From Eledone cirrhosa (Eukaryota): a stretch of DNA of 64,000 bases. The stretch lies in assembly GCA_964016885.1 (NCBI GenBank), contig OZ024747.1:46872001-46936000 (forward strand), written 5' to 3'. A program made the translations under genes and the position numbers. The notes below the pieces were generated by a model, which was not told the origin of the DNA, ran no database searches, and saw only the letters and a list, made by a program, of their open reading frames with translations. Positions 43,950 through 57,478 of the stretch are shown here, in pieces (position 1 is the stretch's first letter; each line of letters opens with the position of its first letter).

Positions 43950-45042
43950 GCACACACACACATATATACATGAAGTCACTGATTAAAAATCCGTCGTCTT
44001 ACGGAGGATTATCCTAGCTCATATTTCGTTTTCATTTTTGCTATATTTTAAATGCTTCTCATACTTTTTTATGGCATAGTTGATAGACTGCTTTGTGTAT
44101 GGTCAATGTCTCCAATATCCTGACGTGCGGTACACTGGGAAAATCCTCCTGGCAATCAATTTATTCTATGAGTAATTGTTTGTACTTTTGTTATTGAAGA
44201 TAAGAAATTGCTATCAATAGAAAATGACCGGGTCACCAATAGGTTTTCTTTCTTTTGATTTGTTATTATATCTATAGAGAGGCAGAGAGAGAGAGAGGGA
44301 GGGGGCGTGTGAGAGAGGAAGGGAGAGAGCGTGAGAGATTTCCCGCGTTGTTCTGCTCCTGTGGAAAGATAAGTAGCCAGCTTTAGAAGATAAGCAACAA
44401 GCTTTAGAAGTTGTTTGGCAGATCTGTCCGTAGTTTTGTGGTCTTTCGTATGTTTGGAATACATGTGGGGTTTTTTTTTTCCATTTATTGGCTCGGAAAA
44501 TATTTATTGTCTATTTATATGATTTTGAATATTATTACCAAGGACCCACATGTTCTGCAAGAAATGAATACTTTTTGAAACCAAGACACGAGTATTTGTT
44601 AAGTTTAATACTGTTAATATAAAAACTCATTTAACTATTTACGATTCTAAATGAACAGAGTTACGGTTGAAGGAATTCCAGAAACGCCCTTCCTCTACGT
44701 TTCTCAGTGTACCTAGCATAACATTCTCTAATTTGTTGACCCTTTTAAAGCACAGTCTCATATGATTTAGAGGAAAATTGACTGTTTCTTGCTTGCTAAG
44801 TGATCAGCTACCGACTTCAGCTCAGTGATAATATATTTATAAGTTAATCATTTCTGTAATGAGATACTTGTAAATTTATATTTTTGACATTTTGTATTCT
44901 CCTCATAACCATTTGGTCGTTTCTTTGGGCGACACATCTTTTGTTACACATGACTTCTCAATATATTGGATATTTCTTTTTTGTTATCACCTGCAGGCCA
45001 ATTATCTTTTCTATCATTATGACACTTTTCATTAACTACATG

Positions 45043-45396
<354 letters not shown>

Positions 45397-45634
45397 TTAA
45401 AAAGTTAACAAAGAGAGGTCAAGAAAACGAACGAACCTTTTTCAAAACATTTTTTGAAAAGGAAACCTTAAAAAATTATTTTTTTAAATAAAAATACAAA
45501 CGAAGGACAGAGAACTCCAGGGTTACCGAACGTTGAGATGGACTTTGGCAGTGCTGACTCCTTCTAACGGTGCTGCTAGTTCACCTGGGGTCACAGCGTC
45601 TGACACAAACCAAACTCTGTCCAGTGGAGCAAGT

Positions 45635-45806
45635 CGGTAGATGGTCGGACGCCATGCTTTGCGGCAAAGAGTTACGCCCCTTTATGGTCTGAGTTTAAAT
45701 CCTGCCAAGATTAACTTTGCCTTTCATCCTTACGGGGTCGATGAAATAAAGTACCAGTAATACACTGGTATAATTGTTGGCCTTGTGCCAAAAGTAGAAA
45801 CAATTA
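45635..45806 (+). mobile_element. SINE, short subfamily
   Basis: Shared SINE body. Confidence 0.85.
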
Positions 45807-46504
45807 ATTTATAGCAATTAAACTACAACAAATGCACATAATATTTTAGGTGAAACAATGCACTCTGTGAGGAAGGGTGATAGAAATGACATTCAGCTGT
45901 AGAACCCATCGCATAAAGGGTTGGGATGATACTTCACTTGTGCCACAGACAAAACAACTTCACTAATGCTGGTGATACGATGTACTCTGTAGAATGCGAG
46001 ATCATTTACTACAACTGGGTACTGACTTGGTCTTTGACGCTCCGCCCGACACTTGTTAGTTGCAAAAAAGGAAACATTAAACGAGGCGAAAGATAAGGAG
46101 TTGGCGAAGGAAAATGAGAACTGTTCATGAACTATGTAGATCCTATGTATGTCTGGTAAATATGCTGCAGTTGAATGCCTCGTCTAAACCCCTTCATGTC
46201 AATATAAGCAGCAATATCGACTACGAATGCATGGATTTTCATATTAAAAATGCTTAGATATGTTTCTTGTTATACTTGATAAATTCTTATATGAGGTGGA
46301 GGTTTAATGTAATGGCATGCAATGGTATGAGCTTCCGCAAATTTCGACGAGTGTGTTCCAGTTATTGGAGAAGCGGTTCAACTTACTCATGAAATTGACA
46401 CTCAAAAGTCCTCTCTACTCGTAACCTAATTATTGAAGAAAATCAGCGATTCTTTTAAATCCAGTTACAGTTCATACCATAGGTTTCCAAATCGTTTACA
46501 CCTG

Positions 46505-46632
46505 CTCAACTTCATTCACGAGTCTTTTGTCGAACCGAAGATACGATAAAAGACGTTTAGCCAAGCCGCAACGCAGTAGGATTGAATCGGGAAAACCTTT
46601 GATTGAGAAGCGAACTACTTGAACATTCAGCC
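46505..46632 (-). mobile_element. Degraded CORE-type SINE (OR-like)
   Basis: Reverse complement TGGCTGAATG..GATTCAATCC..CTTGGCTAAACGTCTT. Confidence 0.45.
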
Positions 46633-47289
46633 AGTCTCTGTCGCCTGGGAATCTAGGAGGAACAATTTGAATTCTGCTAATGATACAATCATGGGTCAGG
46701 TAGTAGTGTTAAACTGGGAATCACACTATGTAGTCATCTGCAGATTCACCAGATCTTTGTAATTAAGTTTCAGATTTCGATCATTGAAGACAAGGAATAG
46801 TTGATATACAAATACTATTTACTTCAATGTTACACACACAACAAACGGCTGAACAATTAGAATTCAAGAAAGGTCAAGTATTCGTCCATAAAACTCAATA
46901 TTCAGATACTTTCTTTACTTCATTTAGCACTAATCAATGTTGTCTGCAATATTTTATTAATATTCCTTAATTAAACCTTTCAGCTATATTCGACTAGATT
47001 TCGCTATATAAACCACACTACCGTAAAATGACAATTTGTGACTTCTACACTACTTATAAATTTATATTTCGGCAAACTGTTTGGAGCATACACGTATTTT
47101 TCTATTAGTTTGTTCAATACTAAAGAAGAAAAGTAATAAAGATATTTCATCGTTATCATCATCATCATAATCATCATGACCATCATCATCGTCATCATTA
47201 TCATCTTCAACAACAGCATTATTATTCATTCAATAGTTTTCTTTTTATTGCACACTTTCACTACACAGCCTAGTGCATTGTTAATTAAT

Positions 47290-47866
47290 TGGCAGACTCG
47301 GTAGAGTGCTGAACAAAATACCTAAATACAAAATTTATTTATATCACTTTAAGTTCAAATCTTGCTGAAACCAACACTATCTTTCATCATTCCAAGTTAA
47401 AATACTTAAAATAGTAAATAGTGGGATTTATTTAATCGATTTTCCTCTACTCTGAACCTGCAGGCCTTGTACTTAAATTAGAAAACAAAGCTGGTAGATT
47501 TGCAGAATTATTAGATGGGCGGACAAAATGCTTTACTCTATTTGCTTCAGTTTTTATGTTCTGAGTCCAAATTCTGTCGTGGTCCACATTGAGCGTCGAT
47601 AGAATAAAGTACCAATCAAGAACATAGCGGGGTTAAAGTGCTGCTAACCCCCACTATAAATACTATAATGGTCTGTAGTGGAAATAATTGTTTCTACTTT
47701 AGGCACAAGGCCAGCAATTACCATTACATTACTGGTACTTTATTCTATCGACCCCATAAGGATGAAAGGCAAAGTTAACCTCGGCGGGATTTGAACTCAG
47801 ACTGTAGAGAGACGTAACTATGCTAGAAAGCATGGCGTCCAACCCTCTACCAATACTGCCAATTCA
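47290..47866. mobile_element. SINE cluster: two old (+) copies and a younger (-) copy at 47686-47866
   Basis: Younger copy has TSD AGTGGAAATAAT (47677 and 47868). Confidence 0.8.
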
Positions 47867-47899
47867 CAGTGGAAATAATGATAACTATCTTCCAAATGT

Positions 47900-48800
47900 A
47901 ACATTTTGTACAAATTAAAATTTCCTGAAACAGCATCCGATGCAAATTAAAACCCGAACTCCGGGAGAAATACAAAAGGAATATCGTGGAGTCAGGCCTA
48001 ACATGGGTTCTAGAAAATGAATAATAGAAAAAGGATGGAATAATCACATATCAGAGCGTCTGCAAAGATATTTTAACGGTTAAATACCACAAGCTGATAT
48101 AGGCCAAAAATTGTTCTCGATAAAAAAAAAGGCAGCACAGCACCATAGAAGCCTTACAGGACAGAAAACAAAAAAACTAAAAGCGATCTTTAAATTTCCG
48201 TGCACCCCGGTCGGATGAATTTCTTTAATTTCTTTAATTTCTTTACATTTAGGTAGAAAACACCGAAGATAGCGTTGAAGGAGCTAATCCCAAATTTAGT
48301 CTTGCAATTCTTGAACAGAAGTGTAGAAAATCCGTTCGATGTGTCCGGTAGCAGAAACGAGACACGATAAAGCGCTTGCTAAAGATAAGAAAACGGCTGG
48401 CGGGCAGAAAGAATGCTACGAGGGTAGGTTCAAGACAAGACTGAAAGCCATGAGCATTAACCTAAAGCCCTGGAAGTAACTTATTCAAAACCGGTTTTAA
48501 TGAGACACTTCATTCGTAAAAACGCAGAACATTCGCGTAAAAGACAGTGGAAACCAAACACAAGCTTTGCAAAGCTTCCATAGTTGACATTCTAAGGGTA
48601 ATCAAAGAAGATATGCGCACATGCCATCACTATTTCCGTACCAAAACTGGATTCACCAGCTATCTGCGTACGTATAACACCCAAACAAGTAGGTAAAGTC
48701 AGTGACGGTATCAACTACAAAATACATTTGAGTCTCTGGAATACTTATCAAAGCATCTAAGTGAAATAGGGTTTGGGCTGGTTCATCTGTGCAAGAGAGA
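47900..48800 (+). mobile_element. Possible ancient LINE RT remnant
   Basis: Only faint motifs (KKG...YR; FESL/ILI) amid many stops. Confidence 0.25.
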
Positions 48801-49876
48801 AAGTCATATTTATTACATTGGCATATAGGAACAACAGCAGTAAATAGATATGGTGTCTTTATGGCATTTTTAATAAAATAAATTATTGATAAAAGGAATG
48901 ATTAAATTTAATAAATTTATATAAATTAAGTAGTCTGTCTGTGTATATCGATAATAAAGGAACATTTGTAGAAATAGAAAAAAGAATTCTGCGAACTCTT
49001 TAATGGTATTACTAATAATTTCAGATAGACCACAAAAGTAAAGACGCAAATGTTCTGAGTGTGTCAAAAATTATCAAACAACTGCTAACATTATCCTTTT
49101 CAATCAACGGGGCTGTAACGTTCAGAGAAAGAATATATTCATACTTTTCCGTATACTGCAATTTTTGTTTAGTAATAAATCTATACAATAGTCATGTGGT
49201 AGTCGTTATAATGATGGTGTGTGTGTGTGTGTGTTTTTCTAATCCTAGGTCAATATTAGTTGAGTAGATCTATGAGCAAAACATTCTCCTCATAACAAAC
49301 CCACCTCATTTTCATTTTTTCCGTTTATCGTTTTCGGTGCACCCGACCGATTAACCCACTCGATATGCAAATTGGGCTACTCAGCCGTTAATATGCATAA
49401 CAATCTGGCAGGAAGGTATACGTTGCTGACGATAGCTAATAAGCTTGAAACTAGTACAGCGTTCCTTTGTCAGTGTTGAACAAACGAGCAACGATGGTTG
49501 CTAGACACTACGGCTTAATACGGGATGTTTGTTTACAAACACACCGAGCATTATAATAAATGTTCGGTGAATCCATACGTACATATATATATATGTGTGC
49601 ATGTATGTATATATATATATACATACTACTGTACGTCTGTATACAACATATATGTATGTACGTGTACATACTTATGTTTAAGTAACAGCCGTACTAAGAG
49701 TGGGAAATGAAATTTCGTTTCATTTTTTCCGTGTCTAAGATTATTTTACAAAATGTAGCCTCCATTATTACCATGGTAAGTTATAATTTGGGAGGAATTT
49801 TAGCAACTTCTTTTAAGCAAGTCTAGTAATCATACGAGCTGTTGTTCATGGTAGATGTCCTTGACGTAGCCATTTC

Positions 49877-49877
49877 T

Positions 49878-49916
<39 letters not shown>

Positions 49917-50143
49917 AAGTAGTAGTAGTAATGGTGGTGGAGGTGGTGCTGGTGGTGGTGGTGGTGGTTATGGTGCTGGTGGCGGTAGCAGTATAAGTAG
50001 TAGTAGTAGTAATGGTGGTGGTAGTGATGCTGGTGGTTATGGTGGTGGTGGTGGTGGTAGTAGTAGTAGTAGTACTAGTAGTAGTAGTAGTATTAGTAGT
50101 AGTAATGGTGGTGGTGATGCTGGTGATGCTGGTGGTTATGGTG

Positions 50144-50176
<33 letters not shown>

Positions 50177-50177
50177 A

Positions 50178-50212
<35 letters not shown>

Positions 50213-50274
50213 ATGGTGGTGGTGATGGTGGTGATGCTGGTGGTTATGGTGGTGATGGTGGTAGTAGTAGTAGC

Positions 50275-50315
<41 letters not shown>
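49877..50315. repeat. Compound (GTA)n/(GTG)n trinucleotide repeat
   Basis: Direct reading; higher-order recurrence of ATGGTGGTG..GATGCTGGTGGTTATG. Confidence 0.95.
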
Positions 50316-50624
50316 AGTTGCGCTATTGTGGTTGTGTAGGTAATGATAAATCTTATGCTGGTTGAGCAGCAGAGGACTATGTCTGAGAAATTTATAGATA
50401 TGTCGGTGTTAATCACCGTAGCACACGCACGTAAATATGCTTAAAACTATAAATAAATTGTACGTGTATATTGTGTATATATGTGCAACTGTCTATGCAC
50501 ATATATGCATATATTTGTGTTGAAAATATACACTTATATGAAATATATTTTTATAGGTATAAAGATATATGTATATTTGGTAGTATAGTAATATATATTA
50601 TATACTTATATATATACGTAGTGA

Positions 50625-50740
50625 AGGCGTGTGGCTGAGTGGTTAGAGAATTGAATTCGCAATCGTAAGGTTGTGAGTTCGATTCCTGGACCAGGCGATG
50701 CGTTATGGCCTTGAGCAAGACACTTTATTTCACGTTGCTC
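50625..50740 (+). mobile_element. tRNA-head CORE-type SINE (OR-like), truncated
   Basis: A box TGGCTGAGTGG, B box GTTCGATTCC, CORE-like CCTTGAGCAAGACACTT. Confidence 0.75.
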
Positions 50741-51019
50741 CTTCTACCTGAAGTTGCGACCGATAGATAGTATTAGCAATTGGAAAGACCAACGGAAACA
50801 TTGTTCCCTCGGTCCGATTTGACGAAAGTCGATCGTTCCTAAAAAAATATATATATATATATTAGTTTTGCGAGGTTTTTGATATATATATATATATGTA
50901 TTGAAGTTTCTTATTTTATTTTTATATATCTCTTGTATTACTTTTATTTATATTTTTTTTTTGTCCGTTAAACTTTTGCCTTTCTTGAGGAGATTTTTCA
51001 AATATTTCACTATGTTTTA

Positions 51020-51097
51020 AATTGCCTTGTCTGACGAACGAATGCGGACGTTTCTTGTATTCGTCTTATTCGGGAAACCTCTGGTAATGAGGTAATT
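51020..51097 (+). ncRNA. Type I hammerhead ribozyme
   Basis: AATTGCCTTGT-CTGACGA-A-CGAATGCGGACG..CGTCTTATTCG-G-GAAA-CC tct GG-TA-ATGAGGTAATT; 11-bp stem I, GUA site after 51086. Confidence 0.85.
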
Positions 51098-51122
51098 ATA
51101 TTGTATACTATTATACATTATA

Positions 51123-51241
<119 letters not shown>

Positions 51242-51397
51242 GATAACAAGTTATTGTTTTAGGTAATGCAGTTAGAGGTTGTGAGTACTCTGTATTGTGG
51301 ATAGTTATAACGTACGGCGTTGTTTGACGCAACAAGAGGTTTCCATAGTTAGGTAGCGAGTTCGCGAGAATTCCTATCCAGGTTATTCTTGGAGTAA

Positions 51398-51740
51398 TAG
51401 TAGTGAAAGATTGAAGAATAACATGGTCGGCTGTACAAAAAGGGTTTTATTTATAGTATTAACAATTGTTTCATTGATCAGGTGAGTCTAAAGGCCGCTA
51501 ATCACTCGAAGTTGCGTCACTTGACCTTAAATACAGTGTTTGCCTCTGATCAAATCAGAAAACTGGGTATTCCGATGATTTGATCAGAGGCAAACACTGT
51601 ATTTAAGGTCGAGTAACCCAACTTCGAGTGATTGGCGGCCTTTAGACTCACCTGGTCAATGAAACAATTGTTAATACTATAAATAAAACCCTTTTTGTAC
51701 AGCGGACCATGTTATCTTCAATCTTTCAATCTTTCACTAC

Positions 51741-51742
<2 letters not shown>
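51398..51742. repeat. ~345-bp fold-back palindrome containing a long-stem-II hammerhead (51567-51677, +)
   Basis: Arms 51398-51556 and 51577-51742; GTATT-CCGATGA-TTTGATCAG...CTGGTCAAT-GAAA-CAATTG-TT-AATAC. Confidence 0.8.
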
Positions 51743-51768
<26 letters not shown>

Positions 51769-51777
<9 letters not shown>

Positions 51778-52470
51778 TGTATATATTGAGTTAGGAACTC
51801 AAAATAGTCTCTTACAACAAAATAGCTCTAAGAAAAAGATATTACTGAGCCGTATAATATAATAGAATATAAAAGATAAAACGAACACAGATATAGATAT
51901 ATGCGAATCAGGTCCCTTACGATTTGAACACATATATCTATATATCTGTGTTCGTTTTTTCTTTTATATTCTTTTATGATATACGGCTCAGAAATATCTC
52001 TTTCTTGGAGCTATTTTGTTGTATGAGACTATTTTGAGTTCCTAACTCAATATATACATTTAATATATTCGGCTCCGTTAATTTGTTGAGCTATTTCAAA
52101 TGTCGAGTAAACCTGACTGCTATTTTTAGTGGTGTGGGTTTGTGAGACTCGCTAGGATGCCATGTGCACTGTTTTATATTTTATATATAGCATACATAGA
52201 TGTGTCTAGGATACTAATTCATCACCCACTGATGAGCTTGGATTAGTATTTCTATTCACAATTAACTTTGCGAAACAACAACAAGCTGTCTGGGTGATTG
52301 GTACTTACCACAATTCCGGTTTGTATTTATTTTCTTAATTTTTTCTTAAATTGAGACAAGCGAACCCAATTATCTATAGTTAGTATACTTTTCACCTTAG
52401 CGAATCAGGTACCTTACGATTTGAACACATATATCTATATATCTGTGTTCGTTTTTTTCTTTTATATTCT
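51769..52470 (+). mobile_element. ORF-less retrozyme-like / mini-PLE element
   Basis: Direct repeat 51904-51972 and 52401-52470 (497-bp period), 5' inverted arm 51769-51903, one hammerhead, (TA)n flanks. Confidence 0.75.
52221..52298 (+). ncRNA. Canonical type I hammerhead ribozyme
   Basis: ATCACCCA-CTGATGA-GC...GC-GAAA-CA acaacaagc TG-TC-TGGGTGAT; perfect 8-bp stem I, GUC site after 52290. Confidence 0.9.
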
Positions 52471-52597
52471 ATTATATATATATATATATATATATAGGTA
52501 AAATAACAGGAGTTTATATTCGTAGTACGTAGAGCACTCAGTCCAAAGGAAGAATTCGGTGTAGAGTTAGTTCCACACAAATTAGAAAACCATAATT

Positions 52598-52632
52598 GAG
52601 GACGTACGTTTCATCCAACGGATGTTCAACCC
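52598..52632 (-). ncRNA. Minimal U3-type hammerhead-like motif
   Basis: Reverse complement GGG-TTGAACA-TCC gtt GGA-T-GAAA-CGTACG-TC-CTC; positions 3 and 8 are mismatched. Confidence 0.5.
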
Positions 52633-53083
52633 GTGTATGGTTGCGGAGAAAGCAAAGTGTATATTAGGTGACTGGATTCTGTGCGACGAATGGCGGAGAC
52701 AAGGGAGACAAATCAAATTAGAGTAATGCCGGGGAGACAATTTTCGTTTAAGTTAGTTCATTCCGGGTAAGATTAATCGTTATCCCGGGTCTTTCTGTTT
52801 ACGTAAATGATACTTCATAGCGTGCGGACAAAAAAATCGGCAGGTATTATTACGTAACCTCTGCTAGTTATTCATTCTTTCATCAATATACAGGTTACAG
52901 GAGATTGCTCTACTTCAGTATAGCCTGGATTTGATCAGAACTTTCCACTGAATGGATAATTTCACATCGGCAAGCAACTTTATCTGGCTTACCATCTTCG
53001 TGGACAATTGCTTAACATATTTATTTGCATATATACATACATCACACACACACACATATATATATATTATAATAGTAATAATA

Positions 53084-53478
53084 ATTGTTACTATTTTTTT
53101 GCACAAGGCCAGCAAATAACCAGTACATTACTGGTACTTTATTTTATCGACCCAGTAAGGATGAAAGGCAAAGTTAACCTCGGCAGGATTTGAACTCAGA
53201 GCGTAAAGGGACGTAACTCTATGCTGCAAGGCATGGCGTGCGACCCTCTACCGATACTGCCAATTCTAATACAAGGACGATTTGTTAAGACTTCATTATT
53301 GATTGGTGACAAAAGGTAGTGGATTGGCAGTATCGGTAGAGGGTCTGACGCCATGCTTTGTAGCAAAGAGTTACGGCCGAGTTTAACTTTGCCATTCATC
53401 ATTACGGGGTCGATAAAATAAAGTACCAGTAATAAACTGGGATAATTGCTGGCCTTGTGCCAAAAGTAGAAACAATTA
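53084..53478. mobile_element. Head-to-head SINE pair (53084-53263 -, 53317-53478 +)
   Basis: Shared SINE body. Confidence 0.85.
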
Positions 53479-53485
53479 TTGATTG

Positions 53486-53568
53486 GTTACGCGAGTTTCG
53501 CTATTGATCAGCTCAAGGTTCGGTCTCTATCGATCTGGTCCGACTCTGGAATCAAAAGCTCGCCGGAC
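53486..53568 (-). ncRNA. Degenerate hammerhead
   Basis: Reverse complement GT-CCGGCGA-GCTTTTGAT...ATCAATAGC-GAAA-C tcgc G-TA-AC; core mutated. Confidence 0.4.
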
Positions 53569-53699
53569 AGCTGCTGTTGTAATCATTTAAACAGAATATT
53601 AAACTTAGCACTACTGGACATTGCTGAGTTTTTGAATATCAGGTATTTGGAGGCCATGGGTTTAGCATAGTGTGAGTGGAGAACCTGTAGAGGAAACCT

Positions 53700-55828
53700 G
53701 TAGAAGGCTTGGTTAGCCTCAAGCAGCGCACAAGGGATGGCGAGGTAGTATGTCTACCCACGGATAAGTCTGGTAGGATGTCAATAGATAGCATGCCGAA
53801 CTACATCAAGGCTATGGAACCCCACATCACCAACACAAGCGAAATTGGACAGCAAATACATGATGGGAGAGAGAAAATCCTCAACGCTCACATGATGATG
53901 TGAACCGACATCCTAAAGCCAAGCAGACGCACTGCCAACAACTTCCATGCGTCTAACAATGGCATACCACCCTTGTATGGGCTCCGCAAAGACCACAAGA
54001 CAGTCGACGACCCGACAACAGGACCACCAACAAGACCCGTATGCGGAGCAAATATAGCTAGCAACTACAGGATCTCCTACTTCCTGTCAATGGTTATACG
54101 CCCCATAATCAAAATGCCTCCAGATGTATGTGACACTACAGAGGATCTCCTCAGCAGAATCAGTGAGTGCAACAAAAACAGGAACCTATCCAACTGCATA
54201 ATAGGCAGAATGGATGTGGTATCATTTTACTCATCCATAAACATTGATTTTGCTGTGGAAAAATGTGTGGAGATGATCATTGAGAGTGAGGTGGAGTTCG
54301 CGACGTCGACACAGACGAACTGGGCCTCCTACTTAGACTTACCTACGACACTGACTACCTAGACAGCCATGACCTTAGACGTTTCTGCCCCAGTAGACCC
54401 ATAAGAGGTAGACCCCCACCATAACCTCAATGGCTAAAAAGACTCCCATGGGAAGGTGGATTGGGTGGACCAAAGCTATACGGACCCCCCAAAACAATGA
54501 TCAGGTAAGAAAAATGGTCGCACATGCAATAGGACCTAGTATCAAAACTACCCTAAAGGGCCACATATTCAAGTTCAACGAGAAGATCTACACCGAAAAT
54601 GAGGGAGCAGCCATTGACGTCAGCATAGCTGGTGACGTTGCCAACCTTTTTATGGTATGGTGGGAAAGGAGACTTAAAGATCTCCTTAATGAGAGCTCCA
54701 TAGACCTCATCATGTACTCTCGTTACGTAGACGATATCAATATAGTTATAAGAACATTCCCACAAGAGAGCACTAACAAGTTGGATTTAGAACGTAGCAC
54801 AATGGAAAGCATCCAGCAGATAGCTAATTCCATACACCAGAGTAAAACTGTAACTATCGACTACCCTTTCAAACACCCTAACAATAGACTACCTTATTAG
54901 ACATGGAACTCTGGATTAACACTATAGACGAGAGAGCCCAAATTCTCCACTCACACTATGCTAAACCCATGGCCTCCAAATGCCTGATACTAAAAATTCA
55001 CCAATGTCCAGTAGTGCTAAGTTTAATATTCTGATCGCAGACTTGGTACGAGTGATGAAGAACGTGTCCCGCATGTGCGAGCCAACAGAAATGGAAAGAC
55101 ACATCCAACACTTCATCAACCGCATGCAGTTCTCTGGCTACAACCAAAGAGACAGAGTCAGAGTATACGAAGGAGCCACGGAGAAATATAAGGCATTCAT
55201 AGAACTGGACATGAAAGGAATTTGCCCATTATACAGGAGCAAATCATGGAATAGATTAGATAGGGCTAGACATAAGATAGGGAAAGCCACCTCATGGTAC
55301 AACAACCAGAGATACCAGAGTGTCATGTTTGTGGACGCTACCCCTGGAGGGAAATTAGCAAACCGGTGTAGAAAGGCCCTGAGAAAGACCCAATTAAAGA
55401 TTAAGGTGGTAGAAAAGCCAGGAACCACCATAAAATCCCTGATCAGCAAAACCTACACTTTTAAGAAAACCCACTGTACTAATAGGAAATGTATCATATG
55501 TAAGGTAAACCCCCGGATAAACTGTAAAACTAGAAACGTAGTCTATAGCATAAGATGTACGGAGAGTACTTGCAGAAACATGACAACAACATACATAGGC
55601 GAGACAGCTCGTAGCATAGGTGAACGGATAGACCAACACTGGGGGGAACTAAAAGGACGAAAAAACGGTTCACTACTATACGAACATGCCAGACAACAAC
55701 ACGACGGTAACATAGACAACATAGAAATTAGAATAATATCTAAACATAGAAATGACCCAACAGATAGGCTAATCAGAGAGGCCAGTGAAATAGAACTTAG
55801 AAGGCCTATGCTAAACAGAAAGAATTAA
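53700..55828 (+). pseudogene. PLE RT + GIY-YIG (second lineage, possibly Nematis-like), 5'-truncated and frameshifted
   Basis: PTDKSG; LYGLRKDHK; PPTRPVCGA; MDVVSFYSSI; YSRYVDDI; HYAKPMAS; VVYSIRC..YIGETARSIGERIDQH; RLIREA. Confidence 0.9.
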
Positions 55829-56144
55829 TGGAATAACAACAACACCCAAACAAACAACACTGACCTAAGAGAAGTATAAATAAATAACTAGATAAATAAA
55901 TAAATAAATAAATACATACACAAGCACAATAACAACAAACACATATAAACACACACTAGTAAAGATAGAATACATCAACTAATACACAGTCACCCAATCA
56001 CGAACACACATCAAACAAAACACTATACACACACGCAAACGCATGCGCAAAGAAGACAAAATAAAATAAACAAATAAATAAATATATAAACAGACTAAAT
56101 AAAGATGGCGTAGAAAATACAATGCAACGGGAGGAAACAATAGC

Positions 56145-56185
56145 ACCACTGACGATGTTGCAGATGTGCAACGAAAGAACTTTGA
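56145..56185 (+). ncRNA. Hammerhead core in the 3' repeat of the PLE
   Basis: CTGACGA-T-GTTGCA gatg TGCAAC-GAAA, ~320 nt after the stop codon; stems I and III weak. Confidence 0.6.
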
Positions 56186-56387
56186 TAGACTATAGATATG
56201 TGTTTGTGTCTATATTGTATCTGTATTATTTTTGACCGTTGGTCAGTCAATGGTAACATTGAGGACCGAATAAATTAGATTACCGATATAAAAGACACAG
56301 AAGCGAAAAGCGAAAACCAATCAAACAGTGAGTGTGTTCTGTTATTAATTCTGGCAATATTACACAAATATGACCCTCCCCAAGTAT

Positions 56388-56448
<61 letters not shown>

Positions 56449-56531
56449 AGGTGAGTTTTGAAATGCGCATAATAAAATACTTGGAACTCTTTTAACCACC
56501 TTTTGATCTTATATTATATATATATATATAT

Positions 56532-56731
56532 ATAGGAACCAGTAAGACCCCGACAGCTGAGCTCAAGCCGTTTCGACGGACTGAATTATTCTAGTCCAGA
56601 ATTAGCCGTCGAAACGGCTTGAGCTCAGCTGTCGGGGTCTTACTGGTTCCTATTACCCACTCTACTACCTCAAGTATTGAGTACTTTGGTGCGTTATGGT
56701 CCACCTGGTTCCTTACCACATTTCCTTCGTT
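56532..56731 (+). mobile_element. Fold-back family A element
   Basis: Palindrome centred near 56587; (TA)n on both sides. Confidence 0.8.
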
Positions 56732-56801
56732 ATATATATATATATATATAAAATATTATAAAAAGGAATAATAGATACAATATACCTATTTTTTACTTTA
56801 G

Positions 56802-56892
56802 TCCCGACTGTACAGTTTCGCTGGTCACTATGCAAAAATGTTATATCATAGATATGTAACATTGTTGTGAGGTAAGCCAGCTTATCAAGAGA
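56802..56892 (-). ncRNA. Type I hammerhead with U3-A8 core (UUGAUAA)
   Basis: Reverse complement TCTC-TTGATAA-GCTGG..long hairpin..CCAGC-GAAA-CTG ta CAG-TC-GGGA. Confidence 0.8.
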
Positions 56893-56973
56893 GCACCTCA
56901 GGGAAGAGCCCTAACTACATACGTCCGTAGCATACGAGAAAATCTCAGAAAGGCGGCGGGAGACTCTATCACG

Positions 56974-57005
<32 letters not shown>

Positions 57006-57015
57006 GACAGGGGGG

Positions 57016-57240
57016 AAGAAAAAATGGCTTCACTTGTGCTTTCAACAAATTTATTTTCTTCACAAAATCCAAAAAGAATTTTTTTCCCGGATTAGAAAAA
57101 AAAATTTTTTCTTAAAAAAAATTTATTTTATACATTTTTTTTAAGAAAAAAATGTTTTTTCTAATCCGGGAAAAAAATTCTTTTTGGATTTTGTGAAGAA
57201 AATAAATTTGTTGAAAGCACAAGTGAAGCCATTTTTTCTT
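57016..57240. repeat. ~225-bp near-perfect palindrome next to (TA)n
   Basis: ~105-bp arms, centre near 57128. Confidence 0.9.
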
Positions 57241-57275
57241 AATATACCTAACTGTACCAAGGATTACTCACATTT

Positions 57276-57343
<68 letters not shown>

Positions 57344-57478
57344 CCTACCTAGTGCCATATATTTATAGAGAATAGACATGCTTACAGGCATTCCCATATA
57401 CGACATATATAAATATACATTTGCATAAATCAGAACACTGCACACATTAGGATTATGTCGAGAAATAAAGATACCATC

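Noticed and set aside
44156-44464. ORF or promoter-like unique segment with repeated GCTTTAGAAG and GATAAG
   Set aside because: No homology or splice evidence; cannot be supported from sequence alone
50012-50416. Poly-Val and poly-His/Tyr ORFs
   Set aside because: Trinucleotide repeat with no splice or domain evidence
50625-50700. Possible tRNA gene
   Set aside because: No proper acceptor stem, and it runs into a CORE-like SINE body
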